Of a DNA stretch of 64,000 nucleotides, positions 10,051-20,252 are shown piece by piece. Source of the DNA: Candidatus Poribacteria bacterium (GTDB lineage: Bacteria; Poribacteria; WGA-4E; WGA-3G); assembly GCA_963663765.2 (NCBI GenBank), contig CAXXUA010000004.1, positions 256,001-320,000 of the forward strand, written 5' to 3'. Within the stretch, counting starts at the first letter, position 1. Each line of letters opens with the position of its first letter. The notes beneath the pieces are model-generated. The model saw only the letters and a program-made list of their open reading frames with translations, had not been told where the DNA came from and did no database searches. The position numbers and the translations under genes are program-made.

Positions 10051-10469
10051 AAAAACGCCAAAATAACGATTTTTTTCAGCAAATATCCGCTGTTCAGATG
10101 GTAAATATCTTAAACGTTTATTTAAGTAATAAAGCGATTTCACTTGGAAGCGTACCATTGTCAAACTCCTGATATTAAAGTTAAATCCCTAATATTAAAG
10201 AATAAATGCGCGGTAACATAGTTTTTCGTTCACACCACGCGACTCCTCAAATATTTTTACTCTAATAAAAGGCATGTCAAATTAACTCTGAAATATCGTG
10301 AAATATTGGAAGTGATACGATATTCTATTTACAATTATACACACAAAATTCTTTTATACAGAACTTGTAGCGAGTAAGAGCTAAGAATTCAAAGTAAATG
10401 GAGATCTGAAGCAGAAAGAAAAGGACAAAAATTACCTCTCTTTCTTTTCTTATTTCACCACAAACTTAT

Positions 10470-10820
10470 GGGTGTGTAAAGTTTTTGCACAAAGGTACAA
10501 ACTTTTGTTCTCTTTAGTCCCGTAGGGACGCAATGTTTATAGATAGGTGTAATCACCCTCTCTTGAGTTCCGTAGGAACGACATAGAAGAATAAACATAT
10601 CGTCCCTACGGGACTAAAGAACTGGTAAGGGCACTTGTTTTCTATAAACATATCGTCCCTACGGGACTGAAGAGTATGGTTGATATTAACAATATTTCCT
10701 TATATTGACACATATCGGTCTCTGTACCCGCAATCTCTCATTTAATCAGTTGCGGCGGGGCACAGAGATCCCGCTCTACAATGGAGAATGTGCAGTTTGT
10801 GCAAAAACTTTACACACCCC
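10470..10820. mobile_element. MITE with IS256-like ends, carrying REP hairpins
   Basis: Terminal inverted repeats GGGTGTGTAAAGTTTTTGCACAAA / TTTGTGCAAAAACTTTACACACCC. Flanks CAAACTTAT / CATACTTAT form a 9-bp duplication with 1 mismatch. Confidence 0.8.
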
Positions 10821-10893
10821 ATACTTATGTCTTACTCACTATGACTTCACACACAAAATTCATTTTTGTCAAATCTTTTTTTGTAAATTCTAA

Positions 10894-10956
10894 CAGGGCT
10901 TATGCATTTCCCTTATCAAAGAGGCTATAAGAGGAAAAGGAAATGCGTAAATCCTC
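10894..10956. mobile_element. Degenerate short element with CAGGACTTACGCA-like ends
   Basis: CAGGGCTTATGCATTTC ... GAAATGCGTAAATCCTC inverted ends; no clear target duplication. Confidence 0.45.
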
Positions 10957-10961
10957 ACAAT

Positions 10962-11672
10962 TTAGTAAATGGCCTTATCCCTTTTAAGTTTTCCCCAAGT
11001 CGTTGAAAGTTTTTCAGTTGGTTCAACAGCAAATGATTTTGCTGGTCCACCGTTTGGTATATTCTCACCAGCAACTTGGAAATTATCAAACCTTACTCGT
11101 GCATTTCTAACTACGAGTCCGACCTTTCCTCCATCTAATGGATTGCTATCTGATGCAGCGAAAATGAAATTATCAATCTGAAAAGAGAGAGAACCCTCAT
11201 CCATGACTGTTGCAGTCAGTGTATACCATGTATCTAATTCAGGAGTAAAAGTGCGTACAACATATCCATTTCCTGGTGCCCAACGTTCAATTGAAGCGGT
11301 GTTTCTTTCATAATCCAGCAAGAACATGTATCTACTGTCCTCGTCTTCCCTATCATGTAGGCTTAGTCCGACAATAGGTGTTCCAAAACCATCTTTAACC
11401 AACTTGACCCTGCACGACACGGTATAATGTTCCCAGGATAGTTCCCCAGTATTCCATATACTATAAAATGGATCTTCAAGTATTTCACCGACTGCCTCAC
11501 CATCATCAATCCACCATTTTTCAAATTGTCGATTTAGGTTATAGATTTCCCATTCCTTTATATTATCGTCTTCAAAATCATCTCTCCATGTTCCAGCGAA
11601 AGATGTGAAAATGGTATACAAAGTAAAGAATACTATGACGATATACTTAGATGTATTAAATGAATTTTTCAT
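10962..11672 (-). CDS. Secreted DUF1080/ConA-like beta-sandwich protein with a C-terminal 'AVEPTEKLSTTWGKLK' tail
   Basis: Signal peptide, 'WRDDFED', 'DTWYTLT' and 'GKVGL...RVRFDNFQV'. Start at the ATG at 11672 (GGGAG RBS). Confidence 0.75.
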   Translation of the reverse strand: MKNSFNTSKYIVIVFFTLYTIFTSFAGTWRDDFEDDNIKEWEIYNLNRQFEKWWIDDGEAVGEILEDPFYSIWNTGELSWEHYTVSCRVKLVKDGFGTPIVGLSLHDREDEDSRYMFLLDYERNTASIERWAPGNGYVVRTFTPELDTWYTLTATVMDEGSLSFQIDNFIFAASDSNPLDGGKVGLVVRNARVRFDNFQVAGENIPNGGPAKSFAVEPTEKLSTTWGKLKRDKAIY

Positions 11673-11682
11673 TTTTCTCCCC

Positions 11683-14600
11683 TTAAGCTTCTTTGACAAT
11701 ACATTGATTCACAGAGTCTGAATATATACAGAATCTGCAGTGGTTAATATTTTTTATATATTTACCTTGTTGTAATGAATTTATATTTTGAACACATGCA
11801 TTTGATATTTCAGGACAGTGTTTTTCATCAATGCACATTTTTTCACAATTGCCACTATTAGTAAAAAAATAATTAATATTTACTTTTGGAGTATTTGGAT
11901 AGGCTTGATGAATAAGTAAACCCATTAGCTCCATCTCATATTTGTAGTATTCACGTTGTTCTTCCTTAGATGTAACGAAATTAATTGCATGTAGTTGACC
12001 TGTATGATCAAAAAAGAGTCTATCAATCTTCCCTGAAAGAATGTGTCCATGTATTTCTGCAGTTATTCTATGATTGATAAAATGCTTGGATGCAGAAATA
12101 GCGTTCTGTGCTAAGTCTGTATCGGAAAAGTTGCTAATATGAAATCTTACAATATCAAATAGTTCGGACGAATTATCTTCTCCTTTAAATGCAGAAATAA
12201 ATTTTAGTGTTTGTGTGATCAAATTGTCTGGATTATGTATATGTGACGGATGTTGAATTCGGGAAAGAACACGGAGAATTGTTGATTCCAACTCATCTTC
12301 ATCTTTATCTGTTTTACTCTCACCTATAGGTTGAATTTGTAAGACATTTTCTAACTGATATCGTAGCGGACAACATCTATAGTTAGCAAGTTCATTGAAT
12401 GTATAGGAAGCAGGAATAATAGAATGTTGAATTTTTTTGAAAGGTTGTATTGAAAAATCTTCTGCATTTGGAACATCCATCTTATCATCTATTTCTATTT
12501 CATCAATCTGATTGATGATAGGTATCTGTAATTCATGAGAATGAGTTATAGTTTCTTCATTGAAATATTCAAGAGAATTAACTTGCTTTGAAAAAGCCTC
12601 ATCATTGTCACTGATTTCAAGTTTTTCAAATAACCACTTGAGCATGTTATCAAATTTACCCCAAGCATTTAGTGAACCAGATAGGATTAGACGGTCTTTT
12701 GCTCGGGTGGCTCCAACATAAAATAATCGTTTTTTCTCAGCTTCGTCTTTAGCTTTTGCACGATCTTTCATCAATGTTATAATCTCAGGAGAAGTTTTTG
12801 TGTAAGCATCCTCAGGATTGCGTGGACTAAAACCTATTCCGAGTAGATCGTCAATAAACGGTTCTTGTGTAAACCTTCCTGATCTATTGAGAGACGGGAG
12901 TATAACGATTGGGAATTGTTTTCCTTTTGCAGAATGGATAGTCATTATTTGAATAGCTTCACTACTCTCTTCAATGGGTGCTTGTCCTTCACGTGGTTCT
13001 TCAGTAATCAGTATGTCAAGAAATTCTATGAAATCTGATAATGTTGGCTTATTTTCATCTCCATCAAAATTTCTTGCAAGGTCTATTAGTTTCTGGTAGT
13101 TCGCCCATTTTTGCTGTCCTTGATGACCGATTTTTAATGTTCCTATCAACCCAGTTTGATTTACAATAGTCATGATAAACTGACTGATGGATGAACGCAT
13201 TGCAATCTGCCTGTGATTACTTATTTTTGCTATTGAGTTTTTGAGTCTTTCAGAAGCGTTTTTATAATTCATAACTTTATGCCAGAAATCATCACCAGTC
13301 TGTCGTGATATTTCAAAAAGTTCAGTATCAGAAATAGCGAAAGCTGGTCCACGTAGAATTCCAATGAGTGATGTATCATTTTTTGAAGGATTATTTAAGA
13401 AACTGATATAATTCCAGATGTCGTAGATTTCCTGTCTTTGATAAAACCCAACTCCTCCTGTCGTCAAATATGGTATATCTGCTGAGATAAGCGCTTGTTC
13501 CATTTCAGGTAGAACACTTCTACTACGAATAAGGATAGCAATATCACCATATTCAATAGGACATGGTATTTCATCCTCACCATCCGTTCTAATCCGAATA
13601 GTTTCTTTATTATCAATCATTCTTCTAATGTGTTGAGCTATGAGTACATACTCATTTCTTGTCTCATCTCTCTTGTCTCCTATCAGGATTTCAACTACAC
13701 CATTATTTTTACTATCACGTGCATTGGTAAGGGCATTAAATTCAACTTCATATTCAGATTCTGTTCCATCTCCCATAAGTCGATAAAAAAAGAAATTTGT
13801 AAATGCAAGCGGATTGCGTAACGAACGAAAGTTTTCGCTGAGAATTATATTTTCACCTTCATTCTCAATCTGTTGTTGCGTTCTGTCAAATACGCGTACA
13901 TCAGACCCTCGAAACCCGTAAATACTTTGCTTTGGATCTCCAACTATAAAAACATTGCTTGCTTGAAAGTCTTTTGTAAGAAGTTTCACTATCTCATGCT
14001 GCAACTCATTTGTATCCTGATATTCGTCAACCATGTAATACTTATATCTTTTGATTAATTCCTCCCGGATAACATGGTTATTTTTAAGCAAATCTCTTGT
14101 TTTCAGTTGTAAATCCTCAAAGTCAAGTTTACCTTGTGAATATTTATGGTTTTGATAATCGTTAAGAACTCTCTTATATAGAGAAAACAGATGTTTCGTA
14201 GTGTCAATTAGATAACGATCATCTGTATCGGTATTATCAGTTTCCAACGGTGTACTTGATTTAATATCCTTTGATGCAGTTACCAAGAATTTGATTTCTT
14301 TATCATAACCGGAAGTATTATTTCCTCTACCAATAAAATCATTTTTTGCAATACTTCCACCTTTTGTTGTAATTAATTCTGCAATTTTCCTTCGTAATTT
14401 GTGCGCTTCAATGGAGTCCTTTATTGTTGATAATTTAGTTGTTAAGATATTTACTTCAGATGCGTTCGGACCTTGTGCAATGTTTAATACGGGTGTCAAA
14501 CACTCTAACCATCTTCTCGTAATATGTTGATTCCAAAAGTCGTATATATCATTGCCAGAATTATTGTAGCGTTCTAATATAAGCGTTGATACCATATCCC

Positions 14601-15120
14601 GTTTTCCAACCATTGTTGAAAAAAATTCTGTAAGTTTCGTCCGATTGTTGTAACGTTGCAGTGAATGTTTTAGATCCGTGTAGTGCGAATCTTCAGGATT
14701 ATATGCAATTTCATCAAGTGTTTTCTTGATAGTGTGTCGTAACAGCAGTGTCTGATCAATACCTTGTAATATGCTAAAGTTGGCGGGGATTCCAGCTTGA
14801 AATGGAAATTCTCTTAGAATTCGCGAACAAAATGCATGAATAGTTGAGATAGGTGCAACATTCATCTCCTCAAGGAATGTTTCGCGCAAGGCACTATCTT
14901 CAATTTCCTTGATTTTATCTATGATACGTCCCTTCATTTCTGCAGCAGCCTTTTCGGTAAATGTAATAGCAACGATTTCACGCGGTCTAGTTGTACCTTG
15001 TTTCAGTATTTCGGAATAACGCGCAACTAATACAGTTGTCTTACCGGAGCCTGCGCCCGCTGTAACGCAAATATTTTCTTTTATGTTGATAGCATGTTGT
15101 TGGTTTTGTGTAAGTTTCAT
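11683..15120 (-). CDS. AddA/UvrD-family ATP-dependent helicase with a C-terminal PD-(D/E)xK-like domain
   Basis: 'AGAGSGKT', 'ITFTEKAAAEMKGRI', 'STIHAFC', 'VDEYQDTN', 'VGDPKQSIYGFRG', 'MTIHSAKG' and 'RLFYVGATRAKDRL'. Confidence 0.92.
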   Translation of the reverse strand: MKLTQNQQHAINIKENICVTAGAGSGKTTVLVARYSEILKQGTTRPREIVAITFTEKAAAEMKGRIIDKIKEIEDSALRETFLEEMNVAPISTIHAFCSRILREFPFQAGIPANFSILQGIDQTLLLRHTIKKTLDEIAYNPEDSHYTDLKHSLQRYNNRTKLTEFFSTMVGKRDMVSTLILERYNNSGNDIYDFWNQHITRRWLECLTPVLNIAQGPNASEVNILTTKLSTIKDSIEAHKLRRKIAELITTKGGSIAKNDFIGRGNNTSGYDKEIKFLVTASKDIKSSTPLETDNTDTDDRYLIDTTKHLFSLYKRVLNDYQNHKYSQGKLDFEDLQLKTRDLLKNNHVIREELIKRYKYYMVDEYQDTNELQHEIVKLLTKDFQASNVFIVGDPKQSIYGFRGSDVRVFDRTQQQIENEGENIILSENFRSLRNPLAFTNFFFYRLMGDGTESEYEVEFNALTNARDSKNNGVVEILIGDKRDETRNEYVLIAQHIRRMIDNKETIRIRTDGEDEIPCPIEYGDIAILIRSRSVLPEMEQALISADIPYLTTGGVGFYQRQEIYDIWNYISFLNNPSKNDTSLIGILRGPAFAISDTELFEISRQTGDDFWHKVMNYKNASERLKNSIAKISNHRQIAMRSSISQFIMTIVNQTGLIGTLKIGHQGQQKWANYQKLIDLARNFDGDENKPTLSDFIEFLDILITEEPREGQAPIEESSEAIQIMTIHSAKGKQFPIVILPSLNRSGRFTQEPFIDDLLGIGFSPRNPEDAYTKTSPEIITLMKDRAKAKDEAEKKRLFYVGATRAKDRLILSGSLNAWGKFDNMLKWLFEKLEISDNDEAFSKQVNSLEYFNEETITHSHELQIPIINQIDEIEIDDKMDVPNAEDFSIQPFKKIQHSIIPASYTFNELANYRCCPLRYQLENVLQIQPIGESKTDKDEDELESTILRVLSRIQHPSHIHNPDNLITQTLKFISAFKGEDNSSELFDIVRFHISNFSDTDLAQNAISASKHFINHRITAEIHGHILSGKIDRLFFDHTGQLHAINFVTSKEEQREYYKYEMELMGLLIHQAYPNTPKVNINYFFTNSGNCEKMCIDEKHCPEISNACVQNINSLQQGKYIKNINHCRFCIYSDSVNQCIVKEA

Positions 15121-15153
15121 TTTATTTTGTCTTATGAAATAATTAGTCAATGG

Positions 15154-16227
15154 CTATTTGTCTATGGGTAATGGGACGATAGCTTTTGGAGATATAGAGA
15201 CATTAATTGTATCACCAGGTTGCTTTATTTCAGTTCCAGGATCATAAATGAGAGCTTTCAGTTTCAAGTCATCACCAATTTTCAATTCGTATTCTTCAAC
15301 TCTACCCAAATATGTTACATTTCCAACCTTTGCGGAAAATTGATTAGTTGACGTTTTTCCATTCAGGTGGATCATCTCAGGACGAATTGAACACTTTACA
15401 TTCTGTCCCTGCGTGAAGTCATGGTGAACACTTTCTGTATGAAGCACACCAACGGAGGTTTGGATTGCTGCTTTACCTTCTGTGATTTCCTGTATATTAC
15501 CATTTATGAAGTTTGTTTCACCTACAAAACTGGCAACGAATGGGTCAACAGGATTTTGATAGATTTCACGCGGCGTACCAACTTGTACAAAGACACCATC
15601 TTTCATTATAGCCATTCTGTCAGCCATGGAAATAGCCTCTATTTGGTCGTGAGTGACATAAATTGTGGTGATGTTTGTCCGTTTTTGTATTTCTTTGATT
15701 TCGTTTCGTAGACTTTGACGAAGTGCAGCATCCAAATTACTCAGCGGTTCGTCAAGTAACAACACACTCGGTTCAATGACTAACGCCCGTGCTAACGCTA
15801 TACGCTGTTGTTGTCCTCCTGAGAGTGTATTAACTGGACGGTCTCTGTATTCTTCCATTTGCACCATTTCAAGAACAGTATCAATTTTTTCTTTTCGTGT
15901 AGTTTTGTTTAGTTTACGTAGAACAAGACCGTAATCAATGTTTTCTGCAACGGTCATGTGTGGCCAGAGTGCATAGTTTTGGAATACCATGCCAGTATTG
16001 CGTTGATGAGGGGGAACATTATTCACTACTTCGTTATCAAAATGTAGTAGTCCAATATCTGGGTGATAGAATCCTGCAATCACTCGAAGTAAAGTAGATT
16101 TACCACAACCAGAGGGACCGAGTAGGAAAAACAGTTCACCACGTTCAATCGTCAAGGAAACATTATTGACTGCAATCGTGGTATCAAATGCTTTAGTAAT
16201 TTGATTTAATTCTACACTAACTGACAT
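15154..16227 (-). CDS. ABC transporter ATP-binding protein (PotA/FbpC type, TOBE domain)
   Basis: GPSGCGKST, 'VFQNYALWPH', LSGGQQQR, 'LLDEPLSNLD' and 'YVTHDQ'. Confidence 0.95.
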   Translation of the reverse strand: MSVSVELNQITKAFDTTIAVNNVSLTIERGELFFLLGPSGCGKSTLLRVIAGFYHPDIGLLHFDNEVVNNVPPHQRNTGMVFQNYALWPHMTVAENIDYGLVLRKLNKTTRKEKIDTVLEMVQMEEYRDRPVNTLSGGQQQRIALARALVIEPSVLLLDEPLSNLDAALRQSLRNEIKEIQKRTNITTIYVTHDQIEAISMADRMAIMKDGVFVQVGTPREIYQNPVDPFVASFVGETNFINGNIQEITEGKAAIQTSVGVLHTESVHHDFTQGQNVKCSIRPEMIHLNGKTSTNQFSAKVGNVTYLGRVEEYELKIGDDLKLKALIYDPGTEIKQPGDTINVSISPKAIVPLPIDK

Positions 16228-16263
16228 AAATTATATACCTAACCAGATACTTGATTAATTTGT

Positions 16264-16458
16264 CAGGACTTACGCAGTTTTCTTAATTTGATCAAGAAAT
16301 TTGATGAAAATGATGTAATTATGAGCATTTTTATGTGTTTCCAGCGCGCTTACAAAGCACCAAATCAAGAAATCAACGGTATGAATGCCATTAAGGCATT
16401 CCCCGGGTATGAATGCCATTTAGGCATTCCCCGCCTACCGTTCGGTGCGTAAGTCCTG
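16264..16458. mobile_element. MITE, CAGGACTTACGCA family
   Basis: 13-bp terminal inverted repeats; 5-bp duplication TTTGT on both sides; contains GCGCGCTTACAAAGCAC plus two GGTATGAATGCC..GGCATTCCCC hairpins. Confidence 0.88.
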
Positions 16459-16467
16459 TTTGTAAAT

Positions 16468-17280
16468 CTATTCTTCAATATCTTTAACACATCGAAACCC
16501 AATGGTGCTACCAGATGATAGATGATACCATCTATCCGTTACTCGCAAGTCGTCAATGCTTCCACTCCAACCACCACCACGTAATACTCGGAAGTTTTCA
16601 TTCTGCGGAACAGAGGAACTTCCATAACGCGGGTTGTTGATTGGTGACACACTATAGAAATCCGAATTGTAGACATCATAGCACCATTCCCAAACATTTC
16701 CAACCATATCGTATATGCCGTATCCGTTTGGTGAAAAGCTACCAACAGGTGCTGTCCATTTCCACGTGTCTTTTCCTTCAATGCTGGCATAGTTTGCATC
16801 ATTTCTGGTAATTATATCCCCTGAAGGATATGTTTTTCCACATAGATTTCCGCGGGTAGCATATTCCCATTCCGCTTCTGTTGGTAACCGTTTGTTTGCC
16901 CAGTTTGCATACGCTACAGCATCATTCCAAGACACGTTCACTACAGGATGTTCAGGTTTATTGAATCTTGTGTCATGCCAAAGCGGTGGTAAAGCGTATC
17001 CTGTTGCTGATACAAACTTTTGGTATTGTGAATTCGTTACCTCATATATATCAATGTAAAACGCATCAATAAAGACTTCATGAACTGGATATTCGTCAAA
17101 ATCACCATTGTTACTATCAGAGTCACCCATCAGAAATGTGCCTGCGGGAATAAATCGCATTTTTGCATGATCTATATTGGATACAATTGTTTCCTCAAAT
17201 TCCTTTGTTGTTATTACCTCTTGAGAAGAATCCATACACGCCCATAAAAAGATTATTGAAATTAGAAAAACAACTTTCAT
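16468..17280 (-). CDS. FGE-sulfatase (SUMF1) domain lipoprotein
   Basis: Lipobox-like 'LWAC', 'IPAGTFLMG', 'PVVNVSWNDA', 'RLPTEAEWEYA', 'DMVGNVWEW', 'RGG' and 'GFRC'. Lacks the catalytic Cys pair of true FGE. Confidence 0.9.
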   Translation of the reverse strand: MKVVFLISIIFLWACMDSSQEVITTKEFEETIVSNIDHAKMRFIPAGTFLMGDSDSNNGDFDEYPVHEVFIDAFYIDIYEVTNSQYQKFVSATGYALPPLWHDTRFNKPEHPVVNVSWNDAVAYANWANKRLPTEAEWEYATRGNLCGKTYPSGDIITRNDANYASIEGKDTWKWTAPVGSFSPNGYGIYDMVGNVWEWCYDVYNSDFYSVSPINNPRYGSSSVPQNENFRVLRGGGWSGSIDDLRVTDRWYHLSSGSTIGFRCVKDIEE

Positions 17281-18728
17281 GCTGATATATTTTTACTATT
17301 TTCTATCGTAGAAACTACCTCTGTTGCAGCCTGAACCAACAGTTTTTGCTCATTCTCAAACAAAGTACGTACATCAAACCATAGTTGATCGTTTTCAATT
17401 CTTCCAATGATTGGGTTGCTGCAATCTCTAAAATACTCCGACAATTTTTCCACAGAAACCTTTTCAGGAGTAAGTACAACTGCAATACTTGGTATTGTTT
17501 CAGTAGGTAATGAACCGCTTCCAATCTCTGACTGTGTTTCAGTAATTGCAATTGAGATATTCTTATCAAAAATTGCTCGTAACTTGTCAGATAGCTGTTC
17601 TGCTGTTGTCTTTAAATCTTCAATTGAACGTGTGTATCTTTTTAGCATTGGTAATTTATCTGAAATATTATCCTGAATTAGATATGTCTGTAAGGTAGCT
17701 GAAAGTGCTGCGATTGTTAGTTTGTCAACACGAAGTGCACGCATCAAAGGATTCTTACGGATCTGATGTATCCATTCTGCTTTACCTACAATAATTCCAG
17801 CTTGTGGACCGCCAAGAAGTTTATCTCCACTGAAAGTAACAATGTCTACACCCGTTTCAATTCGATCAGCGACAACAGGTTCTTTAGGCAGTCCAAATTG
17901 GGAAAGGTCAATCAATGCACCGCTACCTAAATCTTCCATCGTTGGTATACCGCGTTCATTACCGAGTTCGGTCAATTCTTGCATTTCTGGTGTTGAGGTA
18001 AAGCCTACAACTTTGTAATTACTTGGATGTACCTTTAGTAGGAGTGCAGTATCTTCATTAATTGCATTTGCATAATCACGTAAATGAGTTCGATTTGTGG
18101 TTCCTACTTCTTTTAGAATCGCACCGCTTGCTTCCATCACATCAGGAATACGAAATGAACCACCGATTTCAATAAGTTCACCACGTGAAACGATTACCTC
18201 TTTCCCTTGTGCAACAGTTTGCAGTGCAATCAAAACAGCAGCGGCATTGTTATTTACGACTGTTGCTGCTTCACAACCTGTCAGTTGTTGTAGCATCGGT
18301 TCTGTAATACGGTCACGATGGCCACGTTTACCTGTGTCAAGATCATATTCAAGGTTGACATAATTTTGGGCTGCTTCTTGTAGGCTTTTACAAACTGAAG
18401 GAGACAGTAATGAACGACCTAAATTGGTGTGTGTTATTGTGCCTGTTGCATTAATAACAGTACGTAGGGGTGGTCTCGTTTTTTCTTTAATCCATTTGTG
18501 GACTAATGTTGGGTATTCTGACGGTTCTGGTAGGATAACATTTTCATCGCCCTGCAGAATTTGTTCGCGAAGCTCTGAGACCACTGATCTGAGTGCTGCG
18601 GTAACATACCTCCGAGCATAAATTGTATGCAGTGCTTGCATCTCTGGTAGTGATAGCAGTTTTTCGATCGACGGTAGTTGCCGCAGCAAGTTTTCAGTGG
18701 TGGATTGTTTTTCAGTGTTTGTTGACAA
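17277..18728 (-). CDS. selA: L-seryl-tRNA(Sec) selenium transferase
   Basis: 'VINATGTITHTNLGRS', 'NLEYDLDTGKRGHR', 'SRGELIEIGGSFRIPDVM', 'FSGDKLLGGPQAG' and 'RALRVDK'. Confidence 0.97.
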   Translation of the reverse strand: MSTNTEKQSTTENLLRQLPSIEKLLSLPEMQALHTIYARRYVTAALRSVVSELREQILQGDENVILPEPSEYPTLVHKWIKEKTRPPLRTVINATGTITHTNLGRSLLSPSVCKSLQEAAQNYVNLEYDLDTGKRGHRDRITEPMLQQLTGCEAATVVNNNAAAVLIALQTVAQGKEVIVSRGELIEIGGSFRIPDVMEASGAILKEVGTTNRTHLRDYANAINEDTALLLKVHPSNYKVVGFTSTPEMQELTELGNERGIPTMEDLGSGALIDLSQFGLPKEPVVADRIETGVDIVTFSGDKLLGGPQAGIIVGKAEWIHQIRKNPLMRALRVDKLTIAALSATLQTYLIQDNISDKLPMLKRYTRSIEDLKTTAEQLSDKLRAIFDKNISIAITETQSEIGSGSLPTETIPSIAVVLTPEKVSVEKLSEYFRDCSNPIIGRIENDQLWFDVRTLFENEQKLLVQAATEVVSTIENSKNISA

Positions 18729-18853
18729 AATCTTATACCGAAATAGATTATTGATTGGGTTACCATGTTATCTGTTTTTGCATTTTAGTCAAGAAAAAAA
18801 TAGGCAGATACCCAAAAAGGATACCTACCTGTGATAAAATACGTCGAGGGGTG

Positions 18854-20194
18854 TTATTCTTCAACGTCCGGTTCCAACGCCTTCAGCACCGACTCTGCAA
18901 ATGACTTCTCATAGTTGGCAGTGACTAACTCTCTTGCAAGCTGCTGTCGCTGCTCTGGCGTTGCACCCTTTACCCCCGATACCACTTCTCGAACCTTAGA
19001 TACAACCGACTTTTGCAGCTGCGATGTCCGAAGTTTCAAGGCATCCCGATCTTCTTGTGTCGGAAAAAACTCATCAAACTCCGCAGTGGTCATATATTGA
19101 GAGACCACCACATCAAAGTATTTCTTATCTAAATCTACACGAAATGGACGAAATGAAGCATACACAGCAGACACAGATTTAACAGGATCAAGGGTGGTAA
19201 CAGTAGACTGTTGTGAAACTGCTACGTCTTCGGGTGCGTTTGACGAAGTATCTATATCCCTCGAAGGCGAAACAAGGGATTCTGATGGAACTGCAGGCTC
19301 AGCAAGTCCTGATTCTGCAGGCACAAAATTCTTTAACTCCGCAAGAAGTTTATCCGCTTCTGCCATCGCTTGCTGATACGGTTTCAGCCACTCTGGCGGG
19401 TTCTTCTCCCATTCCTCCATCTTTCGCTGAACGGTTTCCTGTATCTCAACTTCCAGGTTCTGTTCCCGGTTCTGTTCCCATTTGAGGTCTTCAATACGTT
19501 CATGGTAACCTGCCAAAAAGTCGCGCAAAGTATCTGCATACTCGGAATCTCCTTTCGCTTCAGCTTTTTGAATTCGTGCTTCCATTTCAGGAATCCCCGA
19601 CTCCCACTTTTGAATTTCCTTTGCGTAATACGCATCGGGGTCAATCCGTTTGAGCTCCTCATCTCTTTGCCCCTTTGCTGCAACTTTTTCTTCTATTTCA
19701 CGCATCGTTGACACATCTTCTTGTATAACATTAACCAGTTTAAGAGCTTTTTGTTCTTTCTCTTCTGGCGAGTAAAGATTATCTAAGATCCGATAATATT
19801 GAAGGAGAGACGCAAATATACCCTCAACACGAGCGTTTTCAGGATAAAAACCCATCAGGATTCTGACTATCTCCTTGTCACTTTTTTCTTTAATCGGAGC
19901 CAGTTTAGCGAGCATGTGTGCCATTTCCGACCTGTCTGATGCAGTAATAGGTTCTGAACGACCGATTGACAAGTCTACGTCTATATTCTCATGTGTTTCA
20001 AGCAAGAGTTTTGCTTCCATGATCGCTGCTTCTGTTGGCATGTTTTCCTCCTGTTCTGGATTCGCTGTGCTTGGCGTGGAGACATCGGGATCTGGATTGT
20101 GTTGATACAATAACCAACCAAACACACCCAGCATCAATAACAGAATAACAATGGCACCTCTGATAATTTTCTGTCTTATATTCTCATTCCTCAT
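18854..20194 (-). CDS. Hypothetical N-terminally anchored, helical/coiled-coil protein
   Basis: 446-aa ORF with a GAGGAGG RBS, single N-terminal TM, E/K-rich helices and a Pro/Ser linker. Confidence 0.8.
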   Translation of the reverse strand: MRNENIRQKIIRGAIVILLLMLGVFGWLLYQHNPDPDVSTPSTANPEQEENMPTEAAIMEAKLLLETHENIDVDLSIGRSEPITASDRSEMAHMLAKLAPIKEKSDKEIVRILMGFYPENARVEGIFASLLQYYRILDNLYSPEEKEQKALKLVNVIQEDVSTMREIEEKVAAKGQRDEELKRIDPDAYYAKEIQKWESGIPEMEARIQKAEAKGDSEYADTLRDFLAGYHERIEDLKWEQNREQNLEVEIQETVQRKMEEWEKNPPEWLKPYQQAMAEADKLLAELKNFVPAESGLAEPAVPSESLVSPSRDIDTSSNAPEDVAVSQQSTVTTLDPVKSVSAVYASFRPFRVDLDKKYFDVVVSQYMTTAEFDEFFPTQEDRDALKLRTSQLQKSVVSKVREVVSGVKGATPEQRQQLARELVTANYEKSFAESVLKALEPDVEE

Positions 20195-20252
20195 GGTTTA
20201 ATACCTCCTCAATTGCTCTTTTCAGTTCAGGGCTATTGTCAAGAATTCGTTG

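Noticed and set aside
16468-16620. DGR variable region at the FGE/CLec C-terminus
   Set aside because: I saw no template-repeat copy and no reverse transcriptase in the window.
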